Origin: Thraustochytrium aureum
Taxonomy: Eukaryota
Length of the DNA: 38,003 nucleotides
Assembly (NCBI GenBank): GCA_012862495.1
Contig: BLSG01000086.1
Span: forward strand, 147,612-185,614
Direction of reading: 5' to 3'
Shown here: one piece after another, positions 1 to 11,000 of the stretch
Layout: the number at the start of each line of letters is the position of its first letter
Numbering within the stretch: position 1 is the stretch's first letter
Notes under the pieces: generated by a model
Told to the model about the DNA's origin: nothing
The model's database searches: none
Seen by the model: the letters and a program-made list of their open reading frames with translations, nothing else
Position numbers and translations under genes: made by a program

Positions 1-1
1 C

Positions 2-904
2 TTGACAGAGTTCATGAGCACGTACAAAAAGTACAGCACCCAGAAGCTGTTCGTGTTCGGCGAGTCCTATGGCGGCCACTACGTCTTTGCGACGTCGCAC
101 CGCATCTGGGAAAACAACAAGAACCCGCCCGAGGGCGCCCCCATCCTCAACCTCGCTGGCGTTGCTGCTGGCAACGGGCTCACCGATCCTAGCGTCCAGT
201 ACGAATACTACGCCGACATGGCCTTCAACTCGACCGTCAGCCTGGCGCCGAGCCGCGTGAGCGAGCGCACCTTCGAGCGGATGAAAAAGGCGACGCCGCG
301 CTGCCTGCAGAAGATTGCCAGCTGCAACGTGCCCGGGTTCCCTTCGAGCAAGTGCCTCGGCGCGCTGCAGTACTGCAACACCGAGCTGGTCATGCCCTAC
401 CAGCTAACGGGCTACAACGTGTACGACATGCGCGTCAAGTGCGGCGCGAACCCGCTCTGCTACGACTTTGACGACGTGGACAAGTACCTCAACTCGGACC
501 GCGTCAAGAAGTACCTTGGCGTGCACAAGCCGTGGACCTCGTGCAACATGACCGTCAACCGGGAGATGGCCGGCGACTGGATGCGCGACTACCAAGACTT
601 GATTCCGGACATGCTCAAGTCAGGGATCCGGGTTCTCGTCTACGCCGGGGACCAGGACTTTATCTGCAACTGGCTCGGGAACCAGGCCTGGACGCTGGCG
701 CTCGAGTGGGAGGGCAAGGCCGAGTTCAACAGCGCCCCTGTCAAGCCTTGGATGGTTGACGGCGCCAACGCCGGCGCGGTCCGCACGCACGCGGGCTTTA
801 CCTTTCTGCGCGTGTCTCAAGCGGGCCATATGGTCCCGCTCGACCAGCCAAAGAACTCGCTCGCGCTTTTCGAGACCTTTCTCGACGACAAGTCTTACTT
901 TTGA
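2..904 (+). CDS. Serine carboxypeptidase, family S10 (carboxypeptidase Y/cathepsin A-like); 5'-partial
   Basis: All catalytic-triad motifs are present: FVFGESYGGHY (Ser), GDQDFICNWLGN (Asp) and AGHMVPLDQP (His). It also has GNGLTDP and YNVYDMR. The frame is open from the window edge to TGA at 902-904. Confidence 0.95.
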   Translation: MTEFMSTYKKYSTQKLFVFGESYGGHYVFATSHRIWENNKNPPEGAPILNLAGVAAGNGLTDPSVQYEYYADMAFNSTVSLAPSRVSERTFERMKKATPRCLQKIASCNVPGFPSSKCLGALQYCNTELVMPYQLTGYNVYDMRVKCGANPLCYDFDDVDKYLNSDRVKKYLGVHKPWTSCNMTVNREMAGDWMRDYQDLIPDMLKSGIRVLVYAGDQDFICNWLGNQAWTLALEWEGKAEFNSAPVKPWMVDGANAGAVRTHAGFTFLRVSQAGHMVPLDQPKNSLALFETFLDDKSYF

Positions 905-1161
905 TGGTGGGTGGGTTCCTCTTACTGCGAGTGTGGAGCGCGACTTGCGCAGCTGCCAGGGTGCGAGCCCTGCCCACCGTGGACCCATTCTGCACAAACG
1001 AAGCGTTTTTCTTAGCCTTTCCCACTTGGGGCCCCTCCTTGCGCTGCATCCCTCCCCAGGAAAGCAAGGCGAGGCGAAGGCTCTAACATGTAGCTTGCTA
1101 GATCGTGGCGATCTCCTGGCCAGATGGCCGCTGGAGCAGCTCCGCGGCGGCAACCGGGCCG

Positions 1162-3424
1162 TCAGCCAGCGCGTTGTCGGAACCGCGACCCCTTGTCGGG
1201 CTCTCGGAGCGCCGACTCGGAGGCGCCGTTGCGCGTCTCGGGGAGCGGGACTTTGAGCCCCACGTCGAGCTCCGCTTCCTCGATCTTCTTGTCTGGTGCT
1301 CTGAGTGCAGCGGCGCCGCGTGGCCGGCGGACGCTGAACCAGGGCTGTGGCTGCTTGAAAACGGCGCACGNNNNNNNNNNNNNNNNNNNNNNNNNNNNNN
1401 NNNNNNNNNNNNNNNNNNNNNNNNNNNNNNNNNNNNNNNNNNNNNNNNNNNNNNNNNNNNNNNNNNNNNNNNNNNNNNNNNNNNNNNNNNNNNNNNNNNN
1501 NNNNNNNNNNNNNNNNNNNNNNNNNNNNNNNNNNNNNNNNNNNNNNNNNNNNNNNNNNNNNNNNNNNNNNNNNNNNNNNNNNNNNNNNNNNNNNNNNNNN
1601 NNNNNNNNNNNNNNNNNNNNNNNNNNNNNNNNNNNNNNNNNNNNNNNNNNNNNNNNNNNNNNNNNNNNNNNNNNNNNNNNNNNNNNNNNNNNNNNNNNNN
1701 NNNNNNNNNNNNNNNNNNNNNNNNNNNNNNNNNNNNNNNNNNNNNNNNNNNNNNNNNNNNNNNNNNNNNNNNNNNNNNNNNNNNNNNNNNNNNNNNNNNN
1801 NNNNNNNNNNNNNNNNNNNNNNNNNNNNNNNNNNNNNNNNNNNNNNNNNNNNNNNNNNNNNNNNNNNNNNNNNNNNNNNNNNNNNNNNNNNNNNNNNNNN
1901 NNNNNNNNNNNNNNNNNNNNNNNNNNNNNNNNNNNNNNNNNNNNNNNNNNNNNNNNNNNNNNNNNNNNNNNNNNNNNNNNNNNNNNNNNNNNNNNNNNNN
2001 NNNNNNNNNNNNNNNNNNNNNNNNNNNNNNNNNNNNNNNNNNNNNNNNNNNNNNNNNNNNNNNNNNNNNNNNNNNNNNNNNNNNNNNNNNNNNNNNNNNN
2101 NNNNNNNNNNNNNNNNNNNNNNNNNNNNNNNNNNNNNNNNNNNNNNNNNNNNNNNNNNNNNNNNNNNNNNNNNNNNNNNNNNNNNNNNNNNNNNNNNNNN
2201 NNNNNNNNNNNNNNNNNNGAACGAGTCGTGCTCCGCCAGGTCGTGGCGCTCACGCTGGCGTTCAAAGGCCTTGGCGCTGAGTGGGACCAAGGGCGGATAC
2301 TGCGTGCTTGGTATGGAGGTAGGCTGCAGCACGAAGCCGAGCAGAGGGATTCGGAGCGCTTCGCTGACGAGCATGCTCACGCTTGCCATGGTGAACCCAA
2401 ACATGAGGAGGTCGGGCTTGAGCTTGTCTGCCCAATAAAACACCGCGGGCTCAGAATCGAAAAACTCCCGTTCGCTGTTTGCCAGCATCAGCCGCTGCAT
2501 TGCGTCGCTTTTGAGATGGATCGCCCACTTGGCAATCTTCGAATCGACCCGGCGCTGCGTGTCGCCGCCGGACGGTCGGAACTGAATCGAGCCGCGCTTC
2601 ACTTTGGAGTGGGCGAGGACGAGGTCTTTGCACTTGATTTCGGTGACGAGCGTGATTTGCCAGCCGTGCGTTTCGGCGAGTCCTCGCGCGAGAGCGACGA
2701 ACGGCTGCACGTCGCCTCGAGTGCCGCGCGTCACCATCATCAAATGTTTTGGCCGCGGGCCGGTCGCGTCGTCCGGTTTCCTCTCTGGCAGCGTGCGAGG
2801 CGCTTTTGCGTAGCCTTTCGTTGTGCTTGGCAGCTCGCTCGGCGATGGTTGAGATTCGAACTGGGGCTCCTCCGCGCGGCTGTCGTCCTCGTCGCAGCAC
2901 TCTGGTCCCTTGTTTGATGCATGGCGCTCGTTCTCGCCCCCGATCCGCAGCTCACAACGCCTGCTTTCTGGGCTTGCCAGCAGTCCTGCACCGCTCCCGG
3001 CGAGACGCACGTTGAGGTGTACGACGGCAGGAAGGTGCTTGCGCCCCCGCGCGACAACCTCGCCCGTGCCCTCGTGGAACAGCATGAGCTCGTTCGCGCC
3101 GTTTTGAACAAACTCTCCGAGAGGGATTGTCGCCCTGCCCACCTCACTTCTCGGCGCAACGACATGGTACCGGAAGAGCGTGATCTGAACGGGGCTGTCC
3201 TGCGAAGTGTTGCACGGCAGCTCAAGCTCCAGCTGTTCGTCCCACTCGACGGCCTCCTCCGCTGTGGCCCTCTTGGCTTTGGTGCGGCGCTCGATGAGGC
3301 CGTCGCTCGTCTGCACGCTCACTGCTAGACCAAACATGGGCAGCGCGAGTGCCCCTGGCCGCACGCCGCTCGTCTCTACGTTGTGCGCCGCGCCGGCTTG
3401 CACCTTGAGCAGCGACGTAATCAT
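1162..3424 (-). CDS. C2-domain plus glycosyltransferase family 28 N-terminal domain protein (sterol 3-beta-glucosyltransferase UGT80/Atg26-like); interrupted by gap 1371-2218
   Basis: ATG at 3424 (MITSLLKV). C2-like pattern RTK..EWDEQLELEL..VQITLF..EVGRATIPL, then the GT28 motif HLMMVTRGTRGDVQPFVALARGL..GWQITLVT and KPDLLMFGF. The C-terminal GT-B half is presumably in the gap. The end at 1162 is a guess at the most protein-like frame after the gap. Confidence 0.8.
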
Positions 3425-4882
3425 CGCTCTGCTCGGGCAGCTGCCGCGCCTGAGAAGGCTCTTTGTTTCTGGAGCGGAACTTCGGGTTGCCGGCTTTTCG
3501 TCCCGACAAGTCAGCAAATCTGCCTTGCCGACCTGCGCCGCCTTTGGCGAAAGGGCCGCAGCCCTCGCAGCCTCGCGCGTGCCTTCGGCCCCAACCCTCG
3601 TGCCTGGGCCCAGCTGCCGCAAGTGGGGCCCGGCTCAGCTCAACGTAGAACCTCTGCGCCTTGTCGCGCTTTTTGCTCTTTGAGACGGAGATCCCACTGT
3701 ACCCCGAGTAGCCAACGTTGCGCGTCGCGCTCGTTCGCGTTTCGGCCCCAGGGCCAGCAGCGCACCGCGTGGCCTGTCCTCGGTTTCGCCCGCGATTGCC
3801 TCTGTTCGCCGGACTCGGCGCTCTGCTTCGATGCGGGTCTGCCGCGCCCCACGACGACGGCTCGTCGTTCGAGACTACACAATCCGACTTCAATGTTGCA
3901 AGACGATGTCGCGAAGAGCCGCTCCCAGGCGTACTCCGAGGAGGCCCAGCTGCCAGAGGGCGCACGGACCCTCGCAAAGAGCGAGCTCGTTTCATTTCAC
4001 CCTCAGCCTCGCCACCATGCGTTTGACAGAGACAGAGTCAGGGAAGACACGACAGGGACAGTGTCAGTGAGGAAGACCTTGAAGACAACCGTTGGACATC
4101 GGATCAACTGGGCGGGACCCCGGCGAATCACTGCCCTCGCCCGTGTTGGCATGAACCCGACCAAAACTCTCATCCACGCCGAGGACATCCACAGCAGGTC
4201 TCAACCACATCTTGCGGCATCATCCGCATGCCATCACGGTGCAACCCAACAACGCCCTGCGCGGCCGCAGAACGTCGCGCGACGCACCCGAACTGAACGC
4301 CGCGCATGCCTTAGCATAGTTCGAGGTTAGCGCGACTCTGCGCCGAGGCTTTTTACGCTACAGAGCGTTTTTCGAGGCTACAAAGACTCTGGGGAAAGAG
4401 CAACGTANNNNNNNNNNNNNNNNNNNNNNNNNNNNNNNNNNNNNNNNNNNNNNNNNNNNNNNNNNNNNNNNNNNNNNNNNNNNNNNNNNNNNNNNNNNNN
4501 NNNNNNNNNNNNNNNNNNNNNNNNNNNNNNNNNNNNNNNNNNNNNNNNNNNNNNNNNNNNNNNNNNNNNNNNNNNNNNNNNNNNNNNNNNNNNNNNNNNN
4601 NNNNNNNNNNNNNNNNNNNNNNNNNNNNNNNNNNNNNNNNNNNNNNNNNNNNNNNNNNNNNNNNNNNNNNNNNNNNNNNNNNNNNNNNNNNNNNNNNNNN
4701 NNNNNNNNNNNNNNNNNNNNNNNNNNNNNNNNNNNNNNNNNNNNNNNNNNNNNNNNNNNNNNNNNNNNNNNNNNNNNNNNNNNNNNNNNNNNNNNNNNNN
4801 NNNNNNNNNNNNNNNNNNNNNNNNNNNNNNNNNNNNNNNNNNNNNNNNNNNNNNNNNNNNNNNNNNNNNNNNNNGCAGGCCG

Positions 4883-4913
4883 GCCTGCCTGCCTGCTTGC
4901 CTGCCTGACTGCC
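4883..4913. repeat. Imperfect (GCCT)n microsatellite
   Basis: gcctgcctgcctgcttgcctgcctgactgcc, about 110 nt upstream of the ATG at 5020. Confidence 0.8.
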
Positions 4914-5019
4914 CACCACACGGCGGCCTGCTGGTGCCGGAGCGCACGGCGCGAGGAGCTGAGGCTGCAGAGGGTGGAGCGGGCTGGGACCGCGGCGGGG
5001 GCGGCGAGGCGCTGCGCGG

Positions 5020-8000
5020 ATGGCGCGAAAGTCGGTCGGCCGCGGGTCGGCCAAAAAGAAGAAGGGCGCTGCCGCAAAGGCTGCGCCTCGGCCCAGCGAG
5101 GAGGAGGATGCGGCGCCCGCGCTGGAGGCTGCGCCGACCGAGCAGAAGGGACTGGTTTTCGAATCCGAGGTGAGCGACGCCTGGAGCTGGACCGGCAGCC
5201 AAGCCAACGAAGTGCTGCGAGTCGCCACCGAGTTTGAAGTAGTCGCCGTTCGAGCCGACGGGGCAACCGAGTTTGCCCCGCTTGAGCAGCTCGACGAGTT
5301 CAGCCAGGCCATCAAGAGTGGCAAGCAGACGCGGGAAAGCTCCCCAGTCCTACACTTCTCGGCACGCGCCAAGCTTCTGCGGGAGCCCAAGCTCGGCCTC
5401 GGGACTGCCGAGGCCGAGTCGCTCGCGCTGGCGAACGAGCCGACCCGAGTTGCGGCGCAGGGTACGCCAGCGGCAGGGCAGCCCGATGCTACCACAAACG
5501 GGAGTGACGACAGCGACGCGGAGATGGAATACGAAGACGACGAGCAAGACAGTCCCATGCCTGTGAAAAAAGGCTTCCAAAAGCAAAAAAGGTTGCGCCG
5601 CACATTGAGCGGCACCCGGGCCTGCCCATGGAAAGGGCTGTCAGAGTCATGGAGAGCCTGATGCAGGACCCGGGGGCGGGCCCCTTCTTGGAGCCTGTTG
5701 ACGTAGAGGGGCTGGGGCTGGACGACTACTTTGACGTGATCCACGAGCCCATGGACCTCGGCACAATTCGGGCGCGGCTCGACTCTGGGCAATACCTGCT
5801 CCCGTTCAAGTCATTGAGCAAGCAGGAGCGCACCCGCCTCAAGCAACACATAGCAAAGCCGATGGGCCGCGATCGCCCCAAAGTCGGCGGAGGAGCGGCC
5901 AAGCCCAAAGCGCGCGCAAAAGCAAAAAGCAAAAAGGGCAGACGCAAGGGCACGCAACTGCCGGGCCTGGCTAACTGGGTTGACGCCAAGCGCTGGAACG
6001 ACGACCTGAAGCTGGTCTTCAACAACTGCATCAAGTACAACGAGGCTGGCGAGCTGGTTGACGAGGCGCGCCGCCTCGCAGAGCGCCGCTCGAGGCTCTG
6101 GTCGCGGCACTGTTCCAAGTTTATCTGCCTCGTAACGCGCACAGGCGAGGAGTTCGATGAGCAGCAAGCAGCCAAGGCCCTCNNNNNNNNNNNNNNNNNN
6201 NNNNNNNNNNNNNNNNNNNNNNNNNNNNNNNNNNNNNNNNNNNNNNNNNNNNNNNNNNNNNNNNNNNNNNNNNNNNNNNNNNNNNNNNNNNNNNNNNNNN
6301 NNNNNNNNNNNNNNNNNNNNNNNNNNNNNNNNNNNNNNNNNNNNNNNNNNNNNNNNNNNNNNNNNNNNNNNNNNNNNNNNNNNNNNNNNNNNNNNNNNNN
6401 NNNNNNNNNNNNNNNNNNNNNNNNNNNNNNNNNNNNNNNNNNNNNNNNNNNNNNNNNNNNNNNNNNNNNNNNNNNNNNNNNNNNNNNNNNNNNNNNNNNN
6501 NNNNNNNNNNNNNNNNNNNNNNNNNNNNNNNNNNNNNNNNNNNNNNNNNNNNNNNNNNNNNNNNNNNNNNNNNNNNNNNNNNNNNNNNNNNNNNNNNNNN
6601 NNNNNNNNNNNNNNNNNNNNNNNNNNNNNNNNNNNNNNNNNNNNNNNNNNNNNNNNNNNNNNNNNNNNNNNNNNNNNNNNNNNNNNNNNNNNNNNNNNNN
6701 NNNNNNNNNNNNNNNNNNNNNNNNNNNNNNNNNNNNNNNNNNNNNNNNNNNNNNNNNNNNCGAAATTCCACGCGTGCGCGCGCCTCATACACGAATTGCG
6801 CACCCGCATCGACCGCATTGACTCGCTCGCGGGCGTCGAGTCCCCTTCCGCCTTGCTCCTGCGCGTCTCGGTGTGGTGCTCGCAAGTTGGCTGGCCGTTG
6901 CGGCCCTCCGCCAGCGCGTTCTGGAAGGACAACGCCGCGTTCGTTCGCGACCAGCTCGAGAGCCTTGGGACGTTTTACGTCTCCGCTCTTGGCGTTCACG
7001 ATCTGCTTGGAGCGCTCGGCGACCTGGACCAGGAGCACCTCGATGCACTTGTGCCACTGGCCCCGCCCCCGCCCGCCGCCGAGCCGTTGAGCTACGCTGA
7101 GGTCCAAGCCGTGCGAGCCGTAGAGCTTCAGGTGGCCGCAACCGCTCAGCAGGAGGCTGACTCCCATCAACAGCGTGAGTTGATTGCCGCGGAGGCAGCC
7201 GCATCTTCTCGCACAGGTAAGCCCTCCAAGTCGAAAAGGGCGGCCGAGTCGAAACGGGTGGCCGCGCCGCAACCAAGCTCGGCTGTCGAGGATACGCAGG
7301 GTGCTGCCAAAGCTGCGGACGCTTTGCGCGTCCAAGTGAAGCGCGCATACGAGCTCCCGCCGCCGCAGCCGTTCCAAGTTCTGGTGTTCCCAGATGACCA
7401 CGTGGGCCCTGCCGGACAGGCCCCATCGGCAGTTGAAAAACGCAGAGGCCCTGCGGCGCTGCGCGAGGAGAAGCGCTCGTTCCCAACCGGGCGGGCCCTC
7501 CTTGGGCGACGACTCGAAGTCTTTTGGCCCGGAGACGGGGTTTGGTACCCAGGGACTATTGTCCGGTACCGACCAAAGACGCGGCTCCACCTTGTGGAGT
7601 TCGACGACGATGGCGCAGAAGAATGGCACGAGCTCAATCGCGGCACGAGCGCACAGCTGACGTGGCGCCTTCTTGACGAGAAAGAAACAGTGGGGCCCAG
7701 CAGCGGCGCTCCAAGCCTTGCGAGCGCTGTTCCGGGCGCGTCGGGCGAGCAGCCAGCGCCTCCCGGCACCTTCAGATAGAGCCGAGCGCATGGTTGTCGC
7801 CGCAATCGCTTGTGCGCACTCCCCGTTGCTCAAGGTGACCGTTCCGCCCACGTTGCTGGGCTCGATCGCGCGAGTGTACATGTTCTTCGAGAGCTTCGGC
7901 AAGCAGCTCGGCTGGCGCATCGCGCATTTCTCCCTGGCCGAATTTGTCGCCGCGGTGATGGCCAAGGAGGTCGTTTATGCCGACGGTTCCAAGGAGCCAG

Positions 8001-11000
8001 CGGCGAGCCAGCTCCTCGTGGCCATTCACCTAGAGCTGCTTCATCTCATCCTGCAAGCGAGCGCGGACGACGCGATCGAGCTGCGCAAACACACGCGGCC
8101 GCGCGCGGGCTTCAACAAGACGTTCCGGGAGCTGGGGTTTCCGTTCCCCAGCACGATCTTGAGACCCACAAGCAAGGACGAGGGGTCGATGGCGCGCTGG
8201 ACGTACGACCAAGTCGGCGTGGCCGTCCTCGACATCCCTGTGCTCAACCTCGTGGGCAAGGACAAGGACAGCGCGTGGTTTCGCAGCCTTGGGTGCGGGT
8301 GGCAGGCCGCCCCGAGCGGCACTCCAGGGCCGCGCGAGCGCACAATGCAAGACCCCGGCTGGTTCGCCACTACCCCGGCTTTTCTGGAAAGCCTTGCCGA
8401 GTTTTACGGCCGCCACTTGAATTGGGACCCCGGCGCAGCCCCGCGGCTGTTTGGGACAGCGATCAACTTGTACACCGTTTACACGCTGGTGCGGGACTTT
8501 GGGGGGTTTCGCGCAATTGCCCTCAGCGACGCGGCCTGGATCGACGTGCTCAACTACCTGCCTTACTTTACGAACGTCTTTGACGCGAGCGAGGATGCCG
8601 AGGCGGCCGGCGCGGTGCGCAGCCTCTACAAGCGCTACCTATTCAACTACGAGCTTCTCTACTCGTCAAGTCGCTCGATCTCGCGGCTCGTGGCCGGCTC
8701 GCTCGTGCTTCTCAGAAACAACCAGGTTCTGTCGGGAGCGCCAATCGGGCGGTCGCTTGCCGGGCCGGACCCGCGCGAGGAAATGCATGTCAAGTACATG
8801 CAGCCGGAGGCCACTGACGAAGACGACGAGCTCTCGTTCTTGCGCACGTCGCCGTTCCTCATTTTCGCTCAGCGGAGCTGGGACGCCTCCATGCGCTTTG
8901 CAGACTGCGCGCAAACCCTTGCTGAGCGGTGGAATGCCATGAGCGCCCCCGAGCGGGCTTTCTACGAAGCCATCGCGCTGGAGCGCGACCACAGCGCGGC
9001 CGAGGCGAGGCTGGCCGTGTCAAGTAGATCCTCGCGGCGGGCGTCCTCGGCAGCCTCGGCTTCGAAGATTGCTGCCGAGGCTGCTGCATCTGCCGCGGCT
9101 GGCGGCGCCCAGAAGATCTCGATCACTGCGGGGACCATCGGTTCTGCTGGTGGCAAGCCGACGCTCAACGGCCGCAAGGTGCGGACGAAGGGACGCACCG
9201 CGTACTCGTTCTTCGTGCAGGAGCAGCTCAAGGACCTGCACAGCAAGGACGCCGCGGCCAACGAGAACCGCCAGGCCGTGCGGGACACCTTCAAGCGCCT
9301 TTCGTCAGAGTGTGGCCGCAAGTGGCGCATCATGAGCGCAGCAGAGCGCCAGCCATATACTGACCTTGCCAACGAAGATGCGCTCATTGTGGAGCAAGAG
9401 CAGCGCGCCTACCAGGTTCTCCTCTCTCGGCAGGCGCGCCTGGAGCAGGTCGTAGAGGCGCGCCGCGACGAGGTGAACGGCAGCGTAGCGGCCTCGCAAG
9501 ACCACGCAGCCGCCGGGTCGGCTGATCTCGGAAGGCCGAGCGATGCCGCCACAACCGGGGAAGAGCAAGAAGACCACAGCGCAAAACCGGTACACGCGCC
9601 AAGCGACCCAAACGTCGCCCCCGCGGCCTCCGAAACCCAGGCCCACGTGCTGGCTGCCCAGTCAGCGCCACTCGCCGTGAGCTTCGTCTCCCTGAACGAC
9701 TTGACCTGGCAAGAGCTGTTGCTGGAGGTGCTCTGCAGAATCGAAAACATGACCAACCCGCGAAGCGCTACGGCGGTCAAGACCAACGAGCCCGAGGGAA
9801 GCGTCGCTGCCTTCGACAGCGACCTTGCCGTGCTGGAGCCACCGCTTAAACGGGGCCGCCAGAGGCGCGCCTCGCCGCGCTCCATGACCCCGCGCTCCGC
9901 GCCAGGTTTAGCTGCCCTCGACGATATTGGTGTCGCCATCCAAGGCCCAGACGGCGAGTTACCGGCTGCTTCCAGCAAAGAGGACGCCTCCGCGATGGAA
10001 GCGGACGTGGGCTCGTACGACCTCGTAGAGGAAGAGCAGAAGGAGAGCATGTTCTGGGGCTTGGCCGACTCTGCCCTGTCCGCAGGAGCAAAGGGTACTG
10101 GCGGGGCGGGGGATCCTGAAGGTGATGTCGACGCAGACGCAGACGCTGCGACAAAGCTTGCCGACGACTGCGAGCGCCTGGTTGAGGCTCTCATTGTCCA
10201 CCCCTTGGCGCAGCCGTTTGTCGAACCGGTGGATCCAGCTGCGCTCGGAATGAGAAACTACTACAAGGCTGTGTCGGACCCGATTTCCCTGTCGGAGCTG
10301 CTAGAGCGCCTTCGTGCCGGGTTTTACAGCGCCGGCCGAGCCGGGTTCGAGGTCGAGTCGTTTAAGCAGGACGCACTGCGCGTCTGGAGCAACGCTTTGC
10401 TGTTCTACAAAGAAACCAGTGCCGAAGCAGAAGATGCACGACACCTGGAGGAGCTTTTCCGCGAGCGCATTGCAAAAATCCAAAAGGCGTCTGCGCATCG
10501 AGACGAGCAGGCGAACGAAGACCTCGCCGCCGCCATCGCGGAAAAGGCTGCCTGCCTTCCAGACGAGCAAGTCCGAAAGGAATACGATGACCACATGGAG
10601 ACCTTTCCCCTGTTGAAGGAGCAAGCAGCCCAGGCCGCGGGCGCCGCGGCGCTAAGCCTGCTCCGCGACCCGGAGGAGGAGCGGGTCCGCCTTCGGGTCA
10701 AGTACCCCAAGAAGGTGCTTGGCGTGCATGCGCTCGATGTGGTCCTTAAAGAGCCGGACGCCGAGCCATTCAGCAAACCGGTGGACACTTCCGATCCGCG
10801 CTACAAAAACTACCGCCGCATGGTCAAGAAAGCGCTCGACCTCTCGACATTGCGGCATCAAGCAAGCAAGGGCTACTACAACTACTACGCGTCGACGGAC
10901 AAGTCGCAGCTTGCCCCGAAATTCGTCAAGCACGTTCGAATGGTGTTCTCAAACTGCGAGCTCTTTAATGACCCAGACTCGGACATCGTCGCAGCAGCCA

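Noticed and set aside
3383..4330. 315-aa plus-strand ORF upstream of the glycosyltransferase gene
   Set aside because: It has a non-ATG start, low-information Arg/Ala/Ser composition and no motifs. It is probably intergenic or UTR.
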